A stretch of DNA of 64,000 nucleotides from the NCBI GenBank assembly GCA_977016875.1, contig CDRNST010000004.1, forward strand, positions 1,116,001 to 1,180,000, read 5' to 3'. Made by a program: the position numbers and the translations under genes. Under the pieces are notes generated by a model. That model was not told where the DNA came from and did not search any database. It saw only the letters and a list, made by a program, of their open reading frames with translations. The DNA is from Pavona decussata (taxonomy: Eukaryota). Numbering within the stretch: position 1 is the first letter of the stretch; each line of letters opens with the position of its first letter. Below are positions 1 through 13,100 of this stretch, piece after piece.

Positions 1-7
1 ATTACAG

Positions 8-1021
8 ACCAGTTGTTCATAGCGTACAATGTAAGTGATGCCGTGTTTGATGGTAATGTTACAGGTGACCATGTCGTGGACTCCAATGAAAAAAGAGTGG
101 ATGAAAGAGAAAATGTTGGAAAGCCTCCGGAGAAGGAAAGGTTTGACATTCCGTAAATAATAATGTTATGGTGTCCTTGATTCTGAACAGCTTAAATAAT
201 ATTCTTTCTAACTAATGCATTCATGAGCCCCAGACAGTGAGAGGGCTTCCCTGTTTACACAAAGGACGTTGCGTACTTTTGTTAGTGCACATACTTTCTG
301 ACTGTGCATCTCGAGATACACAGGTTACCTATGGGTGGTGCCTACATGTACTAATACAGGAATATTTTGGAGGAAGCAGAACTTAGTAAGTTCTCTTGGT
401 ATTAAAAACAAAATTGTGGGTAACCATGCGTTTTTCAGAGATATAAAGCTTCAATTTAGTAAAAAAAAAAAGCCATACATTGCTTTCTTCTATTTTAGCA
501 CTTTTTACAATAATTGTTTCTTTATTATCTCTAAAAATGCGTGGTTCCCCCCAATTTTCCTATTGGATTCCAATAGGCCTTGCTGAGATCTGCGTTTCCC
601 GCATAGTAATAAACTGCGCAAAAATATCTCTGTATTAGTAGGCACTGTTCTTATAACAGAAATTACGTGCAGAATACTGAAGTGTAAAGTGCACTAAGCC
701 GGTGTTGACAGCTCTGACAGTATCCTGTACGATAGCATTGGAGAAGTGTTACTCTTGTTCGTTTGTCAAATTGTCCTGTATGATTAACACAGATAATTAC
801 CGTGTATCCAGTAGCAATGTCCAGTTGCATTGAGCTGATGAGGAATTCTATTGTTTCAGTTCTACAGAGCCTCCTAGAAGTGACAGCAGACATCACCAGG
901 ACCACAGTCGTCAACAACGTGATGTGCAAATCAAAGCTCCAAGTGATAACGGTGAGTCTAATTAGAAATTGTCCTCTGTGGGTACCTGGTTTGGTAGTAA
1001 TTGTGTTGTTTTTTTTGCCTG

Positions 1022-1067
<46 letters not shown>

Positions 1068-3987
1068 CAAATGTTGACCAAGCAGATCTAAGGGAACCTT
1101 CTGATGCAGACGTTAATAAGCAAGAACAGCATGTTAATGATGAAAGTCAAATACGTAATGGGATTCATCCAAGGGGCAGTGATCAAGGCAAAGCAAGAGA
1201 TAGTTCTCGGAATGATGGCTACCCAAGGCATGGGAATGTTCCATTAAGAGACAGCAATCAAGATGTAAGGATTGCAGACAAAGAGCCAGTCACTCAAGTT
1301 AGCTCACCAGTGAAGAATAATGCCATGAACAAATGGTCAGATATTTTAAAGGTGAATACTACTCAATGTCCTCCCTGTCGTAATGATACTAATTAATACT
1401 TGGGAATTTGGGAAGTTTGTGTAAACTGTGAAAATTTATACGCAAAAATACGAAATCCTTACTTCAGTCTCGTGTGATAACAGGTATGAATACGTGTAAA
1501 TGTACTGTAGACACCTTGCATAAACTTTCTTAGCTTTAGTTACTTTCTCAGGCTGGTTTCCTTTTCTTTTTTTTCTTTTTTTTCACCTTTCTTTTGCTGT
1601 GGCTTGTAAACTGTTGAAAACTTGTGGGGTTGATATTGAAAAGCCTTAAAATACATTTTTATGTCTAAATGTAGTCCATACTGTACCTAAATCAAACATG
1701 TAAAATTGTAGTTTTTTTCATGTAATTACTTCTTTAATCGTGATAATTGCCTGTTGTTTACACTAAATATGGCAATGGAACAGCCAACGGTTGCTAGGTG
1801 GTGTCAGTAATGTCAATATTGGTTTCAAGTAATATTATTATTACATTGATAATCAGTACATACTAATGATAGAATTACATTTCCGATTGTTTGATAAATA
1901 CAAAATTTTTCAATAACAACAATAATAATAACAGTCACAGATATAACATAGCATGGGACGCTCCAAAGTAGAAACCTGAACTTTCTTGAATAATAGAAAT
2001 GTTTCCCAAAGAGCACGGTGTTCTGGTGCTGTCACGTGTTTTGTCTGTGAATCTCCGGTACCGGTGTAAATCTTGTCAACACACCATTTCTTTCATCCTT
2101 TCTTTCTCAATTTTTTTTTTCTGACAGGCTGCCGAACAAAGCCAGTATGGCAAAAGAGAAGAAGGTGGTAAAAAAGCTGTAAAGGAAGGATGGGAAGAAA
2201 ACAAGAGGGAAGAAATGAAGACACCAGATGAGGATCGAAAGCAACTTGGTGAGGAAGAGGCTGCAGATGAACAGATTGATAAGCCTGTGGCACAGGTGGG
2301 ACGTGTGGGTGACAGACTGGGTTTACAGGGAGACCAACACATCAATGCAGGTGGAGCCCAAGGAGACAGTGAACGTAGGAACCAAGAAAGTGAAGAGAAT
2401 GACAAGAGGGATAAAGGAGAAGAAGGGGCTGGTGGTTTATCTCGAGAGAAAATGAACAAGCAAATGGCTGAATTGGAAGAAAGCTACCAACAAAAACAAC
2501 TTCAACAACAGGAACAGCTGAAGGCAGCCCAGTCACAGCAGCAGGCTGATGGGAGAAGACGTATGGCAGCTGATAACAAGGTTGTTCCCATACCAGCTGT
2601 ACAGAGACAAGACAAAGCAGATGAGGAGCACAAAACACAGGCAGATGGTAGGTTTATATCACCCAGAATGTCATGATACATCCGAGGTCAGACAAATCAC
2701 AGAGTGCCTGGAAGGAAATGTGAGAGGCGCTGCTAGTGAAGGAGAATTACGGTGTATTTTTGTGTGTAGGAACCCCCCAAAAAAGAGGTTCACTACGGTG
2801 AATTTGGGTGCCTTCAGGGTCCGCTGTTGTGTCAAAATAAGATTTTTAAGTGAGTGACAGAAACACTTGTTTCTAGGACCCTCAAAGACCTTCAAAAGAT
2901 ATGTTCCGTAGGACGAAAAAACCTTTCCTGGTTTGGGGGGGGGGGGGGGGGGGCTGGGACAAACTGAAACTGTGGCAAATCTGATCTTATGTAAGAAAAT
3001 CAGAAAGAAAAACTGGAAATAATATTACGTTCCTGTGGGCCTTCTACTCTTGGTGTATTGGCCATTCCTGAATTGCAGTAAGTGAAAACCTATTGCTGTT
3101 AGAATTCTAATGAACAGACCTTCGTCAAACATTTGTTTCTTTTTTAGCTGATAGTGATGATGAGGATGCAGATAAACCTGACAACGAAAAAGAAGATCCA
3201 GACGAGGAAGATCCTGATGATGCTGGTGAGGAAGAAGACGATAACATGGAAGATCAACAGCAGCAGCAGCGGGTTCATCAGAATATACAACGACACCAGG
3301 GCAACAGGAAATACGATAGATCACTCAAGGCTGCTGCTGTTACTGATGATAATAGTCAACAAAATAGACAAGAATCTAAGCGGACGTAAGTTATCAATTA
3401 ATAGCACGCACATCTCTTACCAAGCCAGAGAAGGTGTTGTTGTTTTTTTTTTTAATCTGCTGTTGAGGAAGCAAATATGAAGTCATGACAGAAATCAAGA
3501 GTCTTCCGTGCTGTAAGATGAGTTTCTGCACAGGCCTACCAAGCTAGTGAAGTTAATTATTTACCTTACATACAAGTGTACCTCATTCGAGGGGTTATAA
3601 ATCGCTCAAATTCTCAACGGCCGTCTTGTAACCCAATGCTGTTTCATAGATGTATTCCTACTCACACAACGCGTGGGTGAATTCTGGCTTGGGTGGCCTG
3701 TGCATTCTCAATCTACGTTTTCTTTTAAACGACGTCGGCAATGGCAATAAACTAGACACAGGAAATTAAATCCAGTCTTATCAGTGATTAGTTCACCATC
3801 CTAGTTATTGATTAGTTTGTAGTTTCCGTGCGTAATCACTGTGCATATACTAGTTTGACACCTGTCTCTGCCTCTTGCCGAAAGAGAGTTCTTGAATTGC
3901 TCCGAGTTGATTATAATGTGAAGTCTAGGAGTGCTTCTAAACATTTGTCCAAAAAACGAGACTTGGTCCTTTAACAGGTCTGCATAA
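8..3987 (+). CDS. 3' exons of an acidic/Gln-rich low-complexity protein, probably luminal or secreted (GOLIM4/GOLM1-like or granin-like; identity uncertain); 5' end lies outside the window
   Basis: Phase-consistent GT-AG exons 8-140, 860-951, 1086-1351, 2128-2647, 3148-3385 and a probable last exon 3978-3987 (ACG TCT GCA TAA). The translation is rich in D/E/Q/K/R, with N-x-S/T sites (NVS, NVT) and a coiled-coil-like MNKQMAELEESYQQKQLQQQEQLK. No globular domain is visible. Confidence 0.7.
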
Positions 3988-5552
3988 ATTATATTATGAA
4001 TGGATCTTGTCCAGCTTATTTGTTAGCCTTGTCTTAATTTGGTTTGTAAGGTGAACAGTTAACTGCCATGCTAGGGTTGTATAAGAGTTTTCAGCAAACA
4101 ATCCCTGCGTTGGTTGGTTTTCAAACCTCCTTCACGGTAGTAACATTCTTTGTATTTACTTCACGAATTATTAATTATTTGAGAGAACACCATAAATGGT
4201 TCTCGTTTGTTGCCTTAGACAGCCGTGCGGGGCCCATTTCTTTCTGTCCTTTTGGTCTGCTTTCATACTCTCCAATCGCAATTATATAATTCGTGGGCAA
4301 AACAACAGACGCAAATCCATGTAGGTGGGTGAATGTGGGCACTGGACAACGCATGCGTGCAAAATTTTATTTGAAAAGTTTAGAATTATAACAAAGTTCA
4401 GTAGACGGATTTTGATAAGACACTTGCTCCTTGCCTCACAATAACAGACGAGGAAAAGCATTGTCAAAACTGAAGCTTTACCGCGTGAACAATCGACTTT
4501 CATTTAAGCGGTTGTAATCCTTTGGTGTGTGCTGGATTTTTAAATTTGGGGGGATCCGAGGGCAAGTGTCTTATTAACACCTGACTAATATATAAGTTAT
4601 TACAATTCGTAGTTTGGGGAAACTAAAAATAATTGCACATTTGGTGCTTAGGATTTTTAGATACAATCTTCTAGATAGTAAGGATGTACACGTTTGGATT
4701 TCTGTATACTTCACTCATCGTTACAACACATGTTAACTACTAGCCAAGTGTCTATCCTGCGACATAACCACCTCCCAATCACTTTAGCTCTTTGCGGCCA
4801 GGAACGATGAGAGTCAATGGGCCAGTTATTTAAACAGACTTTAACTTAGACCGCGGCTTAAGACAATCAGTGGGCTCCCAAATCTGTTTATAAGTAGTCT
4901 ATTTTAAAAATAGTTTTCTAGTCTGGGATGCAAGCCTTCTTGTTATCGTCGGCAGTAATCAATGTATAGATATGATTGTTGGCAAAATTGAACATGGCTT
5001 AGAACGTGGTTTTGTTAAACACCGTCTAAACTGTCTTTTAATTACTGACCCAATGTTTTCGCAGGCTAGACCAATGTGGTATGCAAATTAGTTAGAGTAT
5101 TCCCACTCAACGGGACTCCTTCATCAGACCGTTCTCTACCTCTGAAATAAGGAGAGGTTAGTCCTAATTTGAACTAAAATAATTTTTAAGAGAATCGTGA
5201 AACTGGGACACACCGCGACACGATTGCAACTCTGATAAACGAAGAAATGGAATTCGAATTTCCATAAGTCAGCTGACACGAGGTCTGTCAAATTGAATCA
5301 TTTGGAGCCGTGATGACCCGGCAACTCTGAGTGTACCATGTAATCAAGACTTTCTCCTTCATAGTCAGCTCACATCCAGAATAGGTGGTATGTTCTAGAC
5401 TTTTAAGAGAGAACGTTGACGCACTATAAGTAACTTCCTTTACACATCATATATACCATCAAGGTAAAACCTAGTGGCGGTGTTAATATCTATTTTAAGG
5501 GAATTGCTTTAACGTGCTCAGATATTTATTGCGTAGCAGTAAAAAGTAAAAG

Positions 5553-5570
5553 AATAAATAAATAAATAAA
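5553..5570 (+). terminator. Cluster of overlapping AATAAA polyadenylation signals, probable 3' end of the first gene
   Basis: aataaataaataaataaa about 1.6 kb after the predicted stop, followed by T-rich sequence. Confidence 0.4.
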
Positions 5571-7921
5571 AATAGTGCTAGTTTGCATATTTATTTATGG
5601 ATTCTCTCAATTCTTTATCGTCAAACTGTAGGCGTAAGTTGTGCAAACCATAGAAACCAGAGGCTTTTCACCTAACGAAGGGTTTTATATCGCGGACTTG
5701 GGGGAGGGGAGGGTAGGATTAGGGCGAAATGCCTTGTGGGGACGAAGAATATATTGCCATTTAGTATGTGTACGAGAGTTAAAGAAATAAAGGAGGTAAC
5801 ATTTTTCGCGAGTTTGATTTTCTGTGTAGTTAGCATTTGCTCTCAATGAACAGTCTCCGATGATGGCTGTGTGAAGTGCAGACATTCCCCACTTGTTTTT
5901 CAAAGGCCCGTTCAAGCGAGCCACTTTGGAACGAGCATTTGGTTTGAGCCTAACTTCTTGTCTGCACACGATTTGACGAGTGCTCAAATTTTATAAATTG
6001 AAAAGGACGCACGTTCATAAGTCTCTGGCGAAAAAAGTGGTGCCCTGTCACAGAGATTTGGCTGTACTTTGGTACAAACTGCGCAAATATTTGACTAAGA
6101 ACCTCCTCTCTGCCACTCTTAGAGCACCGGGTTTCACTGAGGAAGAAGATACCATAATATTTTTTTTTTAGTGATTTCTCCAAAATACACAGGTAGAACT
6201 CAATTTTTCACCAAAAATAGGTGACACTGCCCCAGGAAACTCTGTTCCTCTGCAGCTTCCAATCAGTGACCGTTTTGGGTGTGTTATCTGTATTCGGTCA
6301 ACTAATAGGAGAGCCTGGTAGCTATGGGATTTGAATTTGTGATACGTCCTATGAAAAAGTAAATTGTCTGATAGCAAGACAAAATAGAAATTTACTATTA
6401 AAGAAAGTCGTTTTAATTTTATTGAGATTTTATAGCATACATATAATAAGTATTGATAGTAAAACAAGTAAGGGCATAACGAGAATCGGAATCTTTTTAA
6501 TTTTTTTATTTATTTTTGTTGCTGTGCTTATCTGAAATTCTCTTTATTTGGTCATTTTACTTTTTGCTTCCTCCTGAATGGAAGAAAAACCTTCCTACGA
6601 GGACTTGTCGATAGCAATAGCGTACGTGAAAAAATTATTTTTAAAAAGTCCTTCACAGTGAATTCGTATCACGATGAACAATAAAACTGCACAATTCGAG
6701 TTCTCTTCTCATGAAAAATATAATCTGCTCTTCAGAGGGTGGCAAATCGCTAGTTAGCTTACCTGTAGTGTTGTTTTCATTCCATTAATGATGAAAATGG
6801 AAAATGAAATGAGAGAAAAAGATGAATTTAAGAGAAAAAAAAAGTTAAAAGATAAAAATGAAAAATGCCCCGTTACGCCCATTCTCGTTACGCCGTTACT
6901 CGTTGTGCGTGTTACTATACTAACAACCTCTTTTAAGGTTAAAATAATTTTTCAGTCATTGATTTTTCTGTTCATTCGTGTAAACTGTGGCGTGGTAAAG
7001 CTACAGTCCACAAAATTAATGGTAATAACTTGTTAAACAACATTACATTCCACCATTAGTTGAAGTTCTAACTTCTCACAGGTTTTTCCAAATAGAAGAT
7101 GGCTTTCTATGTTCTCTCAGAAAATGATGCACGGAGCAAGTGCATTAAGCTGCTTTTCTAGTCCCCAAAGCGCATCATTTTCTTAAAAGGACATAACAAA
7201 AAACCTCTATTCGGTTTAGAAACTTCGTTCGTCTGAGTAGCCGAACGAGTGCGAAGAACTCTCTGCGTTTGTGTACAGCCTCGTTCCCAGCCTGCCTCAG
7301 GCTAGGGAACGAACTTCCCACACGTCATAGTCGACCGCGTGCCGGTTAACTTTTCTTGAATGGACAAATACTTGCTTTAACTAAAAATCCAAATTCGCGT
7401 TGTTGGCTTCCGATTTCTACAGATCATTCAGTGACGTTTGACTGCTTGAAAACAAACCTTTCGTTTCGTTTGTAAAACGTAAGTATCCTTAGTGTTTTAG
7501 CTTGTTTTCCTACTCCAAAAATAACGTTTCCTTACCTCTTAATATTTCGTATGTCCAACTGAATCACTTTGACTGCTATTGACAGCGAAGTAACCTTTTT
7601 CCTTCTGTATTCGTCGTCTTTGATAACGCTTTTAAAATACTGCATTGAACTTTGCCCGGCGAACATCCGGGTGGGCTTAACCTCAGCTTGCTGTCGCTAT
7701 TTACTTTATTCTAAAAATGTAATGCCCAACGTCGTTCAGTTCTGAACTTGAGCTATTATTGAAAACAGCCCGGCACTTAGCAAGTTAAATAACACTCATT
7801 CTTAGAACAGTCAAGTCTTATTGGTAGCATTTTTTCAATCTGAACACCCTGCGTAAATAATTAGATGAACCACATTGTGGTAGCAAATTATAATTGTACA
7901 ATAATAATCTAAAGGATTTCG

Positions 7922-10039
7922 TCACAAATCTCTAAGCTGATCTTCCAGTAGTTTCCTGTATTGGTCAAATCCGCCATCTTGTCTTATAACCGAGCCATTG
8001 GAACACATCCATACTTCTTTACAAACGCTTCTCACGAGTCGCTCGTCATGAGTTACCATGACAACGCCACCCTGCAATGAAAGAACACTTGTCACACAAA
8101 TTGGCGACATATTCATCTCACAGTAAAAGTAAGGTCAAGAGCACCCTGCGTGATTTCTAAAAAAGTTCCCGTAGACATTTTTGAGCCCAATAATTGTTTC
8201 TAGCAAATATCAGTAAGTGTTTACTGATCGATTGTTGGCAGTTTTTGTTCCGTGTTCCCCAATGTGTTTCATAAATTTAAAATTTTGCCTTCAAAACCAA
8301 TGAGCATGGAAACCCCTACTATGCATGGACAAGCTGTACAAGAAAAATAGCCGTTTTTCGGGGGAGTGGGGGTGGGGGCAACAACAACGTCGAGTCACCT
8401 TATAACTGTTTAAAGCAATCCCGAGAGCCTCTATCGTCTCCACATCTAAATGATTTGTCGGTTCGTCGAGGATGAGAAAATGTGGCCTAGGCATAACAGA
8501 ATGACAAATAAGATTACAAAAAATAAAATACTACTCCGATACAAAAACGCACCTATGCTATCATTCACACACTGCACTCATCAAGGCCACAACCTTTCGA
8601 CAATTGTTTTTTCAACAAGATTATCAGCTAGTACATGTCCAGATATCTACCTAACTACAACTGAGTTATCCACGCCATTCGAATCTTCTTGACAAGCTTC
8701 TCACAGAGGTAGCTCAGTATCACTCCATATATATCGTATTTGCATGATGTTCAGTCTCATGTTGGTCTGTCCTAGCTGGTCATAATCATCAAAGTCTCAG
8801 TCATAACCACTTAACTATTTTTGTTCACCTGTCGACAAGCTCGTAACAGACCTGAGAGCCAAAGTACCTGTTATATCTACGTATTTGCATGATATTCTTG
8901 TGTCAGACCGGTCCTACCTTATCATGCTCATCAAAGCCATAACCACTCGACTCTTCTGTCCACCTGACAAGCTTCTCACAGGCCTGAGTGCTAAGTCACC
9001 TATCACTCCATATCTACCCAGCTGACGGCGATACTCTTCCTCATGCTGCCCTGTAAAAACATGTTAGAACAACATCAAACTAGCAATCTTGCTGAGTTGG
9101 CTTCCTCGACGTAAAGACGGTGTTTCACCCATAAAATTTTTACTTTTATTCTGGGTATCATATAGTGCACCGGAGGGATGGAGTTTTCGCGGTTGGGCTT
9201 CAGAGAGAACGGATCCATAGGTCGGATAACAGATAACTAACACCAGAGTGTATGAGAAGGATATGAGAAGGAATTTTCCAACATAAAACAGTTTAGATTA
9301 CTATGCGCTACATAATCTCGTTCCTAGGGCCAACATTTCCACTGGGTAGGTGCACGAAGGAGCGGACGCTCTGGAAACGGATTTAAACCTCGTACGCATA
9401 TAAAAATCTTGGCTCCAATCTGAAGGTCGTGGCACAGCCAAACATCATCTGTCAGCTTTCCGGCTGCCGCTGGATACCGCTCACAAAGTTGTGGAAATGA
9501 TAATACATGGAGAACTTGGACGATTGCGTCCTATCAGTAAAAAACTGAACAGAAGTATGAAATGTCACGGTAATATTAGTGTATAATCAGCGGTCACAAC
9601 AGCTCGTTTCGGTGACATCTGCTCAGAACGCCAAGAATGTCAACAGACCTACCTGGAAATTTTGAGGCGAGTAATTCCAGCGGAGACTGCTCTGAGCCAA
9701 GTTGGTCTACGTGATGCTGACTGAAATAACCAATCTTCAAGTTTCTGTAGAATTTAAAAAAAAAAAATTCAAAATTGCACTTGGGTGAGTTCATGCTCTT
9801 ACACCATTCCTGGTGGCTTTCATAGCATCTTCACGAAGCCAAATGTGACAGAGACAAATGACGCAAAAACAACTAAACAAACCAGCGCAAAGTTTAAGGC
9901 AAATACGCATAAACTAATTGGCACAACTGGTCATCGTTTTTTCTCCTGGATTCGTTGAAAAGATATATAGTTACACAAGTATGCATTCTGTGATTGAAAG
10001 GAGCGGGGGGGGGGGATGTGACCGCGCAAATGGATTCGC

Positions 10040-10071
<32 letters not shown>

Positions 10072-10151
10072 ACTCGAATCTCTTTACGGCTGTCAGTTTA
10101 CCTAAAGTTATCGACTCTATTGATAAACCAATCATTCGTTTCTATCCCCAT

Positions 10152-10182
<31 letters not shown>

Positions 10183-13100
10183 AACCCCGTTATCCATTTA
10201 TTATTAACGGCGGTCGGGCAAGAAAAACAAAATAAGAGAGGTTTTTACCGTGAGAACTGAAAGCTGATAATTTTTTGTGAGTCTGTGAGTTTACTAAATC
10301 ATTTTTCAATATACTAAAAAAAGTTTCAGGAACCCGTACGTGAATCGGTTGTTCGGATGTCACACATTCAGACAGAAAACGCCTTTTTTTTAATTTTTTT
10401 TTTTTATTTTCAATTTTTTTTTTATTTGAAATACGTTATAATAATTTATGCATTAGGTTCGGCTCATGAAAAGTTCGGCGTCTGAATCAAAGCCGTTCCA
10501 AAGCCGAAATTCCCGCCTGAGCCAGGCGGGAAGAACGGCTGAGCCGTTCCAAATTGAAACAACCGTTCTCAAATGATTCAGACGCCGAACTTTTCATGTA
10601 CATAATTCAAGGTATTAGGTTCGGCTCATGACAAGTTCGGCGTCTGAACCAGGCCTAAGCATTCAATCAATTGAGTATATACCATTATGCAAAAGTGCAC
10701 GAAAATTTTGCCTCAGTAAACATAGGGTATTTACACAATATTGGATAAACGTAGTCTTCAGTNNNNNNNNNNNNNNNNNNNNNNNNNNNNNNNNNNNNNN
10801 NNNNNNNNNNNNNNNNNNNNNNNNNNNNNNNNNNNNNNNNNNNNNNNNNNNNNNNNNNNNNNNNNNNNNNNNNNNNNNNNNNNNNNNNNNNNNNNNNNNN
10901 NNNNNNNNNNNNNNNATTGCCGACCAGTCTCCACGTTCTTCGCTTAAAAAGTTGAAACTTCTTTAAAATCGTAAAATGATTTAGTAAACCGACAAACTAG
11001 TAGTAAGGAGGGTCGATATCCAAGATGGCGCAGGAATGGAATGTGAAAATACGGCCTTCTGATTGGTCCATTTTTGTCCTTTGATCGATATCCAGCTCTC
11101 TGATTGGTTAGGGACCATATCGACCCCCTTACTACTCAGACTCACCAAAATCTTATCACCTTCGAGCTTTCAAAGAAACAGCCTTATCGTGAACGGTCTT
11201 TTTCTTATTCTTTCTTTTGATCACGGTCAAAGTGTGTCAGTTTATCTCAGTTACGAGAGTAGGATCTACATCAACCGAAGTGAATTAACTGTTGACTGAC
11301 TTTCAATATAAAATATTTTACCATCCAAATTCATGTCCTACCTGTGAGCAAACTTCAGACCAGACACTGGCTCTAGTTCACCAAGTAACAGCTTTAGTAA
11401 TGTTGTTTTACCCTGTCCGTTTTCACCAACCTACAAGGAAATCAGTACAACTTATTTACTAACCTATAAATCTGTACACACACTGAAACGTGTCCACAAA
11501 ACAACTGATCACAAAACTTACAGTCAAAAGATCTCAACTGATCTGTATAGGTTTGTTACATGTACCAATCAAAAAACGTCAACCTACCAAAGCAATTCTT
11601 GACTCCTGATTTGCGGAAAGACTGACTTTATTGAGAACAACTTTTCCTTTTTCATAGTAGAAGGTTACCTGCACAAGTACATGAAGAAAGGATATTGACA
11701 TAACTCAGAGCCGGGGGGAGACAAAGAACGGCTGCGAGGGAGACTAATTCATCAATGGCTGTGATCGACAGTATCTCAGCCTCCAAGGCTTAAGACTTGA
11801 GTTACCCTCGATAACAGTTAAATGTAGCTAATGAGAAAATAACAGTAATTTGGAAAATCATTAACTTCTCTAGGCAAACAATGTGTTATGCAGCTCTTGA
11901 AAGTGTTTAGACAACTTTTCTGGTATAAAAAGATTTCTTGTTAATATCCCATTCTGGAAACTGTTCTAAACTGATTCTGTATTAAAATTTGGAAGGTGAG
12001 TTTGTTTTCTGCCAAAAAATTCAATACAAGGTGTCTCGTAAAAGTTTTTGAGAATACCTTTAAATATTTAGTGAGTTACGATATCTTCAAAACATAACTA
12101 CCAAAAGATTCATGGGAAAACAGAGCAACCAAAAACTACTGACCTCATCCAGTTGCAAAACAGGGGGAGACAGTTTTTCACATTCAGGAAACCTACAATA
12201 AAGAAAGTAAAGACAACGTGTTATTTATCAAACACGACTTAGCCCCACAATACGATTTACGCCTGAGCTATCACAAAAGTGCGTAGAAATTCTGTATCAA
12301 GCCAAGTGTACCAAAGTACTACACAAGCCAGTGCTCAGGGTAGAGAATAATAACGCTTAAAACGTTTCTGAAAACGAGGGAACCTCTTCTATTTCTCAGA
12401 CAAGGATTGCATAAAAACGGAAACTGGATTTACTATGTGTCAGTAGTTTAGGGTGATACTGTGTAGGAAAAGATCTTAAGCACAACAACTACGGCCTCAT
12501 GCAAGTTAACAATCACAAGAATTCTGATCAGCAAAGATTAGACAATATATTTGACTTACTTGAGAACTACTGGCGGATCCACCACAACTGGCTGAAGATC
12601 CGGACTAAAATGACAGACAACAAATATGAGAATGAAGCAACCTCGCTTACCTAAGGGTGGGGTGGAGGTGGGGTGAAGTGCTGTTCAGTGGGGTGGGATA
12701 GGGGGACTAAATCATGCATTTGACCCATTTCGGATGTAAATAACAAAATAATGCATGGTTACTTTAAGAAAGAAGTGAAGAAATGAGCACTGAAAACAGA
12801 GATTATTGCCTTTGACTAGAAGAACACTGGTATTTACATTCAACAACAAATTCAAGTACACACGTTCAACACTCACTCAGGTTAATTTGAGAAAGAAAAG
12901 AAACCACTGCATGGGAAACAATATTGGAAGGGAATTTTAGAAAGTGTAAAACCTAATGTGCAGTTCTTTGAAACGAGTTTGATTTGCTATAAAGGGTGTT
13001 TAAATTTATTAAAGGAAACACAGTCTAGGTGAGGCAACCTTAAACTAACAACACAGGCCGGGGGAATTTCTGGTCACATTAGTTAAGAAGCCAAATACTA

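Noticed and set aside
663-1077. Poly-Lys and poly-Phe ORFs
   Set aside because: Translations of an intronic poly-T (polypyrimidine) tract.
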